A DNA stretch of 64,000 nt from Squalus acanthias. Lineage: Eukaryota. The notes under the pieces are model-generated. The model saw only the letters and a program-made list of their open reading frames with translations. It searched no databases and was not told where the DNA came from. A program made the translations under genes and the position numbers. Within the stretch, counting starts at the first letter, position 1; every line of letters starts with the position of its first letter. Where the stretch lies: positions 154,754,001-154,818,000 of the forward strand of contig CM059431.1 of assembly GCA_030390025.1 (NCBI GenBank), written 5' to 3'. Below, piece after piece: positions 51,771 to 63,741 of this stretch.

Positions 51771-54334
51771 CAGGGATTGGGTTTACTCCAGATTCTGAAA
51801 GCGGACATAGATTGCATCCTATCAATTGAGCAATTATTAGAAATTCCAGGATTGTTGCCAACCAGAACGCCTCTAAATGAATAATTTAATAAGGCACGAC
51901 TAGCAGCGAAATCATCACGTGCCTCAGTTGAACGCCAGTGGAAAACCTGGAGCTATATAAACATTGCAATCGCTAAACATTTCTATTTTCACGAAAAGAA
52001 ATTAACTGACGTATGGAAGCTAAGCTTTTCGAATTTCTCCGCGTTCAATCGGCCGAGAATTTCCGTCCATTCTCCATCAAAGCAGCCTCGTGTTTCCAGT
52101 ATATAACCCGATTGGTGTGAGCCACTGCCGTTTGCCCGGATTTCTAGGAAATTCTACAGAACTTATCCAAGTCATTGTTTCCATTCCTCTGCCTCTCTCT
52201 GTCTTTGAAACACGTTACCTGTCACAGTTTTTACATTAAACTGAACACGTCCTTCATTGGCCATCTAGCACAATTTGCATTGTCACACGTATCACCCAGC
52301 AGTCGCGAAATTCATCCAGTCTGTGGGATATGCAACCGACTGCCTTGTGTGCATGCCAGATCATGTCACGCCCCTTATTGGCCCAATTCTCGGTGGCATC
52401 ACCGATACCGGGCTCTCCTCAGGTATTATAATCCTCTAATGAAAAGACTGACATAATAAACCATTTGTAAAAAAAATCTCATGACTTTTCTGTGGTGTCC
52501 ATATTCTCCCTTTTCCAAATAACTCCTACAGTTATGTAACATATATCTAAAGAAAAAACAAATTGGAAATATAGCTGTTTAATTCAAGGCACATATTGTA
52601 AGGGATATGATACAAATAAATTAACAGCTACGTGGCTTATTTCAGGGCAGGTTTGGGAGCTAAGATGTCTTGTTACAAAGCATTAATTATTTATTGAATT
52701 TAAAACAACATAGGGAGGATGTATTATTAAAAGATTCACTGCAGCAAGGAACTCAGGACTGATATGAGCAATTATTCACAATTTTAATCTTTACGTTTGC
52801 GGTTTAGCAGAATAAAGGAACTTTTTAACTGTATGAGCTTATTATCATGAAACAGCTGGGGGAAGGGATAGAATAGATATACAGAAACATTTTAGAAAAT
52901 GCAGCAATAACAGTAACGGATTGATCAGTGACTTTAAGTGTCCAAAGTATAGAAGCAACGTAATTGGGTAAGGGAGTCCTTTGTGTCTGCAGCGTGTCCA
53001 GGACATTATACAGATGAATACTGTTTCAGGACAACAAGGAAGGAATCAGTATTGGATCTATTTCTAGAAACGGGGAGGGGCTAGTATTTGAGGTAAGGTT
53101 AGTGGAACATCTAAGAAAGAATTGTAAAAGTTGTTTTATTATGAATTGTAAAAGGTAACGTTGCAATCAAAGCAATAAGTAGTTTACAGGAATCAATCTA
53201 ATTTCAACGAGACTAAACAACTGGAAAATATATATTGGGAAATGGTCAGAGTGAGCCGCAGGGAAGCAATCGGTTGCTTCCAATAAGTAGAAGATTCCCA
53301 CAAAAGATAAATAAATTACACAAGAATAAAAGAGGTGCAACACAAACTATAATTGCTTGGACGTGCATAGAAAATCAACTAAACATGAGATTGTAAAACA
53401 AATGCAGGGTTGTAGGGCTGATTATATAAAACAAAACAAGGAAACGTATATAACATAAAAAAGAAGCCAAAACGTTAAAAATGTGAGAAATGAATGAATG
53501 GCAGGTGACAGAATTAGAAACAATTATTACACTACTTAGACATTTCAAGGGAAACCGTTACACAAAGGACGGAGCTCTTCAGAAATTAATAAGACATGGT
53601 CCATAGACAGAATGAAGGAGTGACTGATAAGCTTATGCTACTGTTTAGATAAATGAAAGTGATAATTGGAATGAATGAAAGACTCATTGAAGTAAATAGA
53701 AAGAAAATGGAACGGGGCATAAAGCGGGCCGCCGTTTCACTTCAGCCCCTTTCGCGCTACTGGCAAACAGTACTTTCACCTACATATTTATGGTTTTCAA
53801 GTTGTGTAATTAGATCTTCTGAAAACAGATTGTAAACTTTCATAATATTACTGTTATTTCAAACACTAATGCTTGGTTTGGTCGAATACTAATCCTGCAA
53901 ATGTAACTTTCCCCTTTTATTCAGCACTTTACCCTTTTCCATCTGTCAGCTGAGAAAATACAGTTTCCCTGGATGACTCAACGCTGCTTCTCTCTATTTC
54001 TGCAACTTCTTCCAGCCCTAAAACCCTCCCTGATCTCTGCTCTCATCCAATTCTAGCCTTTTGCGTAACCTCGATTTCCTTGCCCCACTATTGGCGACAA
54101 TGCCCCCAGCTGCTGCGAACCTAAGCTTTGAAATTCCACCGCTAATCCTCACCGGCTCCCGAGCACTTACTGCTCGTTTAAGACGCTCCTTAAAACTTAC
54201 TTCTTTGATCAAACTTCTGGTCACCCGATTGTGAGCTTTTCTGTTCATTCATCTCATAAAGAGAGCGAAAAAGAGAAAAGTCGCTTATCAGCTGATTATG
54301 TACATTATTGAATCAATATGATTTCATTTTTTAG

Positions 54335-54506
54335 AGAATCAGAACAATAGTTGAAAGTCACAGCAGAAGCGACGCTTCCCGAAACATTTTCGATACGGTG
54401 CTGGAAAAGGGAGCTCGGGCAGGAAGAACAATCTGGAACATATTGTTTCTACTGCAGAATAAAAAACCCGAGCTGAGAGAGACACTTTCAGAGATACAGA
54501 ACAAAG
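54335..54506 (+). CDS. Exon B2: C-terminal half of the CARD-like module
   Basis: 'tttcattttttag|' to '|gtacaa', 172 nt, open, phase 0->1: RIRTIVESHSRSDASRNIFDTVLEKGARAGRTIWNILFLLQNKKPELRETLSEIQNK. Same length and phases as B1. Confidence 0.82.
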
Positions 54507-55079
54507 GTACAAAGGGAGAAAGTTACCTGGAAGGTAGGTGGTATCCAAATCTAACATGTAAAAACGATTATGTTTACTGTCAGACTAACAAATTAATTTT
54601 TTATGGCAAGGAACTTATTTTACGTTAAATCTTGTGAGGATGTAATTCAACATGCGCTGGGAAATAAAACAGGCATGTTCGCCTTTGTCGACCGTTACAA
54701 CAAACTGACTTTCAATTCAAGTTTATTCGGGCGCAGTGTACAATAGGCGATCGATGCGATACCGCCTGTATTATGTCTTCGGGAAAAAAACAGCGGTATC
54801 GCATCTGCTGCTCGTTCAGCGCTCGGTCCATGTTGCCTTCTATTGACTTCAATAGAATTGAATATAGGGCGACTTGAAGTTGGTGTGGTTTGTGTTCTGC
54901 TCTGGTCCTATAATGTCTTTAGCTTTTTGAAGCGGAGGTTTCAACTTGCGCATTATTGTTTCTCGTGGGTGTAAGAAAGCTCCACTGCATTATAAAAAAA
55001 AAAAATACCATATTTGGGAATGAAGTGGAGCTTTCTTGCACCCATGAGAAACACCAATGCGCATATTGAACCTCCTCTT

Positions 55080-55170
55080 CTATATATATATATATGTATA
55101 TATATGCATTTTTTTCAGGCATATATCTATCTATCTCCATATATAAACATATATGTGTGTTTTTGTGTAT
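55080..55170. repeat. Imperfect (TA)n microsatellite
   Basis: tatatatata tatatgtata tatatg... Confidence 0.9.
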
Positions 55171-55204
55171 ATCGGGCGGATGCTGATACCTTTAAAACCA
55201 TTCC

Positions 55205-55795
55205 CAGCTGACACCATACATACCTGGCCAGGTCCCGATATACTTCAAAAGCAGAGACACAGCAGACAGTTTGCTCATACACTGTGAAACCACATGCTAA
55301 CAGGATTCTGATAAACAGTGAATCCACGCACATATCATGACGTTTCCTTATAGGCTCTGAATGATTGTACACATCTGGCTGAATGTTGATACACTAAATC
55401 TTCGATACTCATCTGGCAGGATCCCAGTAAATTATATCCTCATACAAACCTGGCAGGGGCCTGATACACTCTAAATCTCGATACTCATCTGGCATGATCC
55501 AGATACATTGTGAATCCCCATACATAGGTGGAAGTATCCCGATACATTTTGAAGACCGAGCAGGATCCTGATACATCGTGGAACGCTATACACAGCTGGA
55601 AGGATCCCGATACGCGGTGAAACCCCGTACACAGCTGGCAGAGTTACTTAATACTGAAATCCCATACATGTGGGAGGATCCTGATACATTGTGATAACTG
55701 ACAAATAGCTGGCAGGATCCTGATATAATTTGAAACGCAAATTACACTTGCCAGAATCCCGATACTCTGAATCCGTATAAACAACTGGCAAGCTG
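55205..55795. repeat. Degenerate ~39-bp minisatellite
   Basis: Approximate consensus tacacagctggcaggatcctgatacattgtgaaacccca. Confidence 0.8.
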
Positions 55796-56249
55796 CCAAT
55801 ATAATACTCATTGCTATGGAGAAGCTGGGGTTAATTTCCTTCAAACAGAGAAGGTAAAGAAGAGATTTGATAGAGGTGTTCGAAATCATTAACGGTTTTG
55901 AGATAGTAAATAATGATAAACTGTTTGCAGTGGCAGCAAGGTTTGTCACAAGATAAAATATATTCAGGATGATTGGCAAAACAAACACAGCTGAAAATGA
56001 GGAAACATTTTTTGATGCAGCCAGTTCTCCTGACGTATACTGCAATGCCTGACATGATGGTGCAAGCATATTCAATAGTAACTTCCGAAAGGAAACGGGA
56101 AAAATACTTGCAGGGATTTTCATAGGGAAATATTGGAAAAGTTGGGCAGTGGTACTAATTGGGAACCTCTACCAACGAGCCGGCACAGGCACGGTGTGCT
56201 ATATCATTCTATGATTCTATGATAAAAGCGTGAAATGACAGTGCAGGCT

Positions 56250-57700
56250 AATTATAGGATATGTGATATGTGGGACTTTTATGACAGTAAGACTGCCCCG
56301 AAATGCAAATCTGCAGAAAATGTCTGTTTCTTTAGACACTCCAGCTTAGATTCTTTGAGCTGGAGTGCGAGGAAGCGAGATTCTAACACTTAAAAAAGGG
56401 GGAGGAATTTCTGGACAGTTTTCTTCAGAGTACAGTCAAACCTCAGAGGAAAGCACAGGTGCAGGAAAGGGAAAGTGTTACTGCCAGTAGTGTATGGGGA
56501 ACAAGGGAATATAGAGGAGGAGGTCCAGCAGGCACTGGTCTTCTCCAACGGACACAATTTACTTGATAGCTGAGAGGATCAGAAGAAAAACAACGGGGAG
56601 GACATTTATAATCTTGACCTTAGCACCGTGGAGCAGAGGACTTTTCCAATCGTGGCGTGTGAGGAGCAGATTCGAAACGTAGTAGTTAAAAGAGATTCAA
56701 TAATTAGGGTGATAGATAGGAACCTATTTATCCAGAGTAGAGAGTCCCGAAGGTTATGTTTTCTACCTGATGACAGAGTAAGGGATATCTCAATGTGACG
56801 GGAAAGTAATTTTAAAAGGGTGAGAGGAGATCTTGTTGACGTGTTCCATGTCCGGATCAAAGATAGAGGGGAGAAAATGGTTAAACTCCTCTGGATGGAG
56901 TATCAGAATTTAGGAGCTAAATTAAAAATCAGCACTCAAATGGTTGTAATGTCAGGGTTACAAACAGATCACGAAGGTGAACACGTGGCTAAAGGCGTGG
57001 GAAGAGTGGTTCAATTTATAGGGACACCGTCACCAATAATGCGATAGGAAGAAGTGTGTGTCATTGGGAAACGCTGCATCTGAATCGGGGTGGGACCAAG
57101 TTCCTAGCGGAAAGGATAAATAGGCTGATAAAACGGACTGTAATCTAGTAAATGGAGGGGGAAGTGGGAGACTCAGACAGGAGCAAAACTAAAAACAATA
57201 GCTTCAAGAATTTTTAGAAAGTGATAAGTGCTGGTTCAAGTCACAAACAGTGCTATAAATACTACAGGTGAAGAGAATATAAAACAGCTAAAGCAGTTAC
57301 AGCAGGAGTGATAAATCAGAAATGTGTCAAGTTAATCGGTGTGCGAAAGGAAATATCAGGACAAAGGGACAGGTTAGGATCTCTTGCACAAAAATGAGTT
57401 TTATATACTAAATCACGAAGTATAGGAAATAAACTGACTGAATTATAAACTTTAAGGAAATGGCTTGGTAGCCATTACTGAGACATGGCTGTAAGCTGGT
57501 CATGATTAGGGGTCAAATACTCCGGGTCATAAGGTCTTTAAAAAAATCTTGAGAAACGGGAAGAGAAGGATGGGTAGTATTTTTCATTAAATATAATATT
57601 ACAGCATTAGGAAGAGAGAATATAGGTACGGGAAAGGAATCGGCGGAACTATGGTTAGAAATTAAAAACAAAAGAGGATTTAAAACTGTCTACAGTCCCC
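56250..57700 (+). mobile_element. Old CR1 5' portion (ORF1 and start of ORF2), degraded
   Basis: VVVxRDSIIR remnant at about 56680; AITETWL 'gccattactgagacatggctg' at 57471. Confidence 0.65.
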
Positions 57701-57712
57701 TTGATACCAGCA

Positions 57713-59205
57713 ATCATAGTATCATAGAATGATAGGCAGTTACAGCACGGAATGAGGCCATTTCGGCCCATCGTGTCCGTTCCGGCCAACAAAGAGCTAT
57801 CGAGCCTAATCCCACTGCTTAGCTCTTGCCCCGTAGCCCTGCAGGTTAGAGCATCCCAAGTGCACATCCAAGTACTTTTTAAATGTGGTCAGGATTTCTG
57901 CCTCGAACACCCTTTCAGGCAGTGAGTTCCAGATCCCCACAACCAACTGGGTGAAGAAATTTGCCCTCAAATCCCCTCTAAACATTCCCCCAATTATTTT
58001 TAGTCTGTGCACCCTGGTTTTTAACCAGTCTGCTAAGGGAAATAGTTCCTTTCTATTCACTTTATCTGTACACCTCAATATGGTCTCCCATCAGCCTCAT
58101 CTGTTCCAAGGAAAACAGACACAGCCTATCCAATCTTTCCTCATAGCTAACATTCTCTACTCCCGGCAAAATCCTTGTAAATCTCCTCTGTACCCTCTCT
58201 AGTGCAACCAAATCTTTCCTGTAATGTGGTGACCAGAACTGCACGCAGTACTCTAGCTGAGGCCTAACTAGTGTTTTATAAATTTGAAGCATAACCCCCC
58301 TGCTCTTGTATTCTATGCCACGGCTAATAAAGGCAAGCATTCCGTATGCCTTCTTAACTAACTTATCTGCTTGCCCTGCAACCTTCAGGGATCTGTGGAC
58401 ATGCACTCCAAGGTCCCTTTGTTCCTTTACACTTCACAGAGTACTACCCTTTAATGTGTATTCCCTTGCCTTTTTAGTTCTCCCCAAATGCATTTCCTCA
58501 CACATCTCCGGATTGAATTCCATTTGCCACTGTTCTGTCCACCTGAGCAATTCATTGCTATCTTCCTGTAGTCCACAGCTTCCTTCTTCAGTATCAACAA
58601 CACAGCCGATTTTAGTATCATCTGCAAACATCTTAATCATAGCCCCTATATTCAAGTCAAAATCGTTGATATATACCACAAAAAGCAAGGGACCTAGTAC
58701 TCAGTCCTGCGGAACCCCACTGGAAACAGCCTTCCAGTTACAAAACCACCCATCAACCATTGCCCTCTGCTTCCTGTCTCCGAGCCAGTTTTGAATCAAA
58801 ATTGACACTTTGCCCTGGATCCCATGGGCATTTAACTTCGTGACCAGTCTGCCATGTGGAACCTTATCAAAAGCTTTGCTCAAGTCCATATACACTACAT
58901 AAAACGCACTACCCTCATCTACCCTCCTTGTTACCTCCTCAAAAAATTCAATCACGTTTGTCAGACACGACCTTCCCTTAACAAATCCGTACTGACTATC
59001 CTTGATTAATCCGTGTCTTTCTAAATTAAGATTTATCCTGTCCTTCGTAATTCATTACAATAATGTTCTCACCACCGAGGTTAGGTTGACTGGCCTGTAA
59101 TTACTCGCTCTATCCTTTACTCCCTTTTTAAACAAGGGTACCACATTAGCAGTTCTCCAGTCTCCGGCACCAAACATGAAGCCAGAGAGGATTGAAAAAT
59201 GATGG
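57713..59205 (-). mobile_element. 5'-truncated CR1 LINE
   Basis: ORFs 58701-58955, 58434-58688 (FADDTK), 58062-58406 and 57806-58078. Confidence 0.93.
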
Positions 59206-61256
59206 GCAGTTGTTTAATGGTTCACCGCCATTCACGACTGGATGTCGCAGGACTTCAGAGCTTTGATCTAATCCGGTGATTGTGGGATCACTTAGCCCTG
59301 TCTAAAGCAAGCTGCGTCCGCTGTTTTTCATGCATGTAGTCCTGTGTTGCAGCTTCCCCAGTTTGGCACCTCATTTTTAGGTACGCCTGGTGAGGCTTCC
59401 GGCATGCTCTTCTACACTCCTTATTGAACAGGCTTGATGGTAAAGGTAGAGTGAGGGATATGCCAGGCCATGAGGTTACAGATTGTGATGGAATGCAATT
59501 CTGCTGCTGCTGATGGCCTCATGGATGCCAAGTTTTGAGCTGCTCGTTCTGTTCTGAATATACCCCATTTAGCACGGTGGTAGTGCTACACAACACGATA
59601 GATGATGTCCCCAGTGTGAAGGGGGACCTCCTCTCCACAATGACTGTGCTGTGTTCACTGCTACCAATACTCTCATGGATAGATGCATCAGTGACATGTA
59701 GCTTGGTGAGGACGAGTTCAAGTATGTTTTTCGCTCGTGTCGGTTCTCTCACCACCTGTCTGGAAGTTATGTCCTTCAAGACTCGTCCAGCTCAGTCAGT
59801 ACTGGTGCGTTCGAGCCACTCTTGGTGATAGACATTGACGTTCCCCACTCAGAGTATATTCTGTGCTTTTGTTACTCTCAGTGCGGTTCAACATGGAAGA
59901 GGACTGATTCATCAGCTGAGGGAGGGCGGCAGGTGGTAATCAGCAGGATGTTTTCTTGCCCTGAATCCATGAGACTTGGTGTCCGGAATCAATGTCGAGG
60001 ACTCCCAGGACCACGCCTTCCCGACTGTGCTGCCTCCCCTGGTGGGTCTGTCCTGCCGGTGGGACAGGAGGGGTAAGGACGACAGATTTCCTTCGCTAAA
60101 GGACATTAATGAACGAGATGATTTTTTGCGAAAATCTGATAGTTCCATGCTCACTGATATTAGCTTTTTATTTAATTAATTGAATTTAATTTCCTCAGCT
60201 CGAACTCAAGTCTCTACATCATAAGTCCAGGTTTCTGTTCACTAGTCCAGTAACGTAACCACTATGCTACTGATCCCGGTATTGAATGTATTGTTGAATA
60301 TCTTGTATTTTTGATAATTGGACGCATTATCAGATGTAGCACGTGCCATGGCCCACAGCACATCATTATGCGTAACATTCAACATTATAAATCGGTACAA
60401 TTGATCCGGGGAATACCTGAGAACCACAGGTTCCTGCGATCTATCCTGTTTTAGAAGGGAAAGGGTAAACATTTCCGGAGAAACACATATCAAAATCATC
60501 TTGATTAGTCCACACTTGAAGTACGGCGCAAATTTCTGGTGGTCATATTATAAGAAAAGTGTACAGAGGCAACGGGGTGGTGCAAAAATGTCTTTACCCA
60601 CAGGTAGTAAGCACGTGGAACGTGTTCCCAGAAGGATTAGTTGAGGCGAATTGCATAGAGGCATTTTATGTGAAGCTAGATAAGCACATCAGGGAGAAAG
60701 GAATAGGATGATATGCTGATAGATTTAGATGACGAGGGGTAACAGGACGCTCGTGTGGAGCATAAGCAACGGCATGGAGCGATTGCACTGAATGACCTGT
60801 TTGTGTGCTGTAAATTCTAATACCTCTATGGAATCCTTGTCAGTGACAACGGTATTTACCATTATAAAACCCTGTTATAGGACTGTAAATCAGCAGCCCA
60901 AATACTACGATTGCGAGGGAGACCAAGTGTGATTGTCTATGTTTTCTTTTTTTTGTCTGCATGTGTTTATATATGTAGCTATTTGGTGGTGCAGGTTGTT
61001 TGTCTGTACATTGGGCGTTTGTACATTATGCACTTGTATATTGTGTGACCTTTGTAGATTGTGCGCTTGTACATTGTACATTTGAACATTATATGCTAAT
61101 ACATTTTGCACTTGTACATTGCGTGCTTGTGCATAGTTGATCTTTATATCGAATGTCTCTATATTATCCACCTGTACATTGTGCAGCTATATATCGTGTT
61201 TCTCTACATTCTGCAGATATATATTGAGTGCATGTGCATCGTGCTCCGATATATTG

Positions 61257-61599
61257 GGGCTAAATTTGCTGTCGGAGGCTTCCCGCGGGAGGATGACTCC
61301 GACAGGCAAGAAATCTACAAACTTACCTTCTGCCTCGGGATCCAGTAATTTTCAAATCATTTAAAAAAACATATTATTCAATTTCTTAAAACTCTTACGC
61401 TGTTAAAAACAAATAGCGCAACTCTCTACCCGCGGAAGCCTTTTCCAAGGGGATGCAGAGGATCTGTGGAGAAAATTCTTGACACATAGCAAGTTCCGGG
61501 TTTATCGAATGCGCAGCGCATGCCTAAAACGGGAACTTGAGTGTCCCCTACGGGCAGGTACACATCTCTTACGCACCTAGTGTTCGCAAATTCCGGCCC
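61257..61599. mobile_element. MITE inside the 15-bp minisatellite (counterpart 46139-48940 is split by a CR1)
   Basis: Ends 'ggggctaaatttgc' / 'gcaaattccggccc'. Confidence 0.65.
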
Positions 61600-61755
61600 A
61601 ATGTGTGTTTGTACATTGAGCGTCCGCACATTGTGCATCCGTCCATTGTGCACCTGTACATGTGCATTATGCATTTGTACATGTTGTGCTAGTGCATTGT
61701 GCGGCTCTACATTGTGTGCCGAATAATTGTGCACCTATAAAAAAGCAACAACCTG

Positions 61756-62557
61756 GGAGTTATTTTGGCCGCAGAGTGAAAACAGGCGCTAAATGGGTAC
61801 TTTACTAATAAGAAACGCCTTTTTGAAATGTGGATTTATCTCGCTATTTTCTTTTAATTCTTGATTCTCATGATTGGAACGTGCCTGCAGGCGCTGAAAC
61901 CGAAATCTGCAGGTTTAGCACTCCAGTGCTGATTACATGCAATTTTCCGCCAGCTGTGTATGTAGCCTGCACTCATCCACTTCCGCTGAAGGTGTGGATT
62001 GCGATGGCTGTGAGTGGAAGGCTTTGACAAGGAGCAAAAGATAAGCTGCCCAGCTTCTCCGGTTTGGCATAGGTGGTTCTGGCGGAGGAAGTAGGGAGAA
62101 GAGGAGGGGTTTCCACTATCTGCAGTGGGAAGGAGGCCAAGGAGGTAGCTGATGCGCCGCATGTGGGAAGAGATCACACATGAGTTCACAGAAGGAGGCC
62201 TGGACTCAGGACATGGCTCCAGTGCTGCAAGAAATTTAATGACTTGACCCATGTGGTCAAAGTAAGATCCCATCTCACACACACACTTCTCAAAAACTGC
62301 ACCATCACAAACTCAACACGCTTCATCCAGCATCTAAGTCTGCACTGACATCCACACACCAAACATTGTTGCATCCTTCACCGGCACTACACACACCTCA
62401 GACATAGCTCACAGCTCTTCAGCACTGTGAGGCATCACACACACAAAATTACACCTGCCAATGCACTCTTTCGGAATCACACTCTTTGTCTGCCAGACCC
62501 CATCTTGGCCACCTCTTTACCTCTTTAGCGCCTAAAGTATTCGGCCAAAATAGCCCC
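61756..62557 (+). mobile_element. Harbinger derivative with Myb/SANT pseudo-exon (62004-62261), copy B
   Basis: Same TIRs as 49121-49906; MWEEI...RTWLQCCKKFNDLTHVVK|gtaaga, with stops. Confidence 0.75.
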
Positions 62558-63571
62558 CAGGTCTTTAGCTGCAACGCCGGCTTAGGCCGTGTTGAAGCGC
62601 AAGACGCCATCAGCGGAAATGGGTTAGTGCAGGCTACATATACAGCTCCACGAAAATTGCGTCTATGCAGCACTTGCCAAACCTGTAGGTTTCTGGTTAG
62701 CGCCTGCCGGCATGTTCAAATCATGGCAATCATCAATGAGACTGAAAATTGCGTGCTCAGTTAGAACTTTCAAATAGGCATTTCTTATTAGTACAACCCC
62801 CACTTAGCACCTGTTACATCCGTTGGTTTAAATTACCCTCATTATGTATTAGCTATTTAGGCAAACATGCAACAGCCACGACCATCTCTGATTTCTCAGG
62901 AACATCTTGTATTTCCAAGCCATTAAATCCAAACTTATATGACCGTCCGGATCATTTATAATTTAATTTACTGGACAAATGCTGCTGTTATCCAGCTTAC
63001 TCGATACTTCAAACAATCTTCGGGCACTGCCCGTTATAAACTTGGGTTTCTTTGGAGCTGTACTGCTTAAATTCAAATTCATCCTCACTTCCACTTATCC
63101 GTGATCCACTTGCTCACGGACCACTTATGACAAATTGGTCATTTGTTAAATTCTCCTACTCATCTACAAATCCCTCTACGATCTCGTCCACCTTATCTAT
63201 GCAGAGTTCTTCACATCTCCACTGTTTCACAACTATTCCCTCGATGTGGTCCCCAGTGTATCTCTTCTTCTGTTCCGGACTCCAGCCACAGACTCCCATC
63301 ACATTGGCTGAAACTCCGTTCCTATGGGCCTCCGTCTCGCTACTTCTTACTTACATTAAACATTCACCGAATGTTGTAAGGCCTGGGTCCTTCCTTAATA
63401 TACCAAAAAGAGACAGTGTTAATTGTTAATTCATCATCTGTAAGGCACCTCTGGCCGTTTCACTGCATGGATGGCTTTAAAGAATCGTCGTTGCTATAGC
63501 AATTGTTTAAGAGTATTCACTGTTTCGTAGCGGGCACAGCATTTAATCTGTTCTCATTTACACCTTGACAG

Positions 63572-63741
63572 AAAATGTAGGTAGTAAAATCTTACTAATG
63601 TTGGCGAGCTGCACGGATATCCAGCTGCACAGAGTTATCGTTTTCTACCGTCAGAGACTAGAACAGTCAATTGAAGAATACGTGGAGGCTGTTAGTCAGT
63701 CGCTTTTAGATGCAATCGTGTTTACTAAATCAGTTCATAAG
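63572..63741 (+). CDS. Exon A2: N-terminal half of the CARD-like module, open
   Basis: 'ttctcatttacaccttgacag|' to '|gtatgc', 170 nt, phase 1->0: NVGSKILLMLASCTDIQLHRVIVFYRQRLEQSIEEYVEAVSQSLLDAIVFTKSVHK. Confidence 0.82.

Noticed and set aside
51542..51817. EGF-like peptide on the - strand (PNPCRNGAIC...CQC...YGGRF) with apparent splice sites
   Set aside because: Most of it lies antisense to a LINE RT remnant (CQAMTISN, FNDIT...ILGFT on +). The first and last EGF cysteines are missing and the exon phases do not match.
55205..55795. CRISPR-like periodicity
   Set aside because: Eukaryotic context, contiguous degenerate units without unique spacers, and no cas genes.
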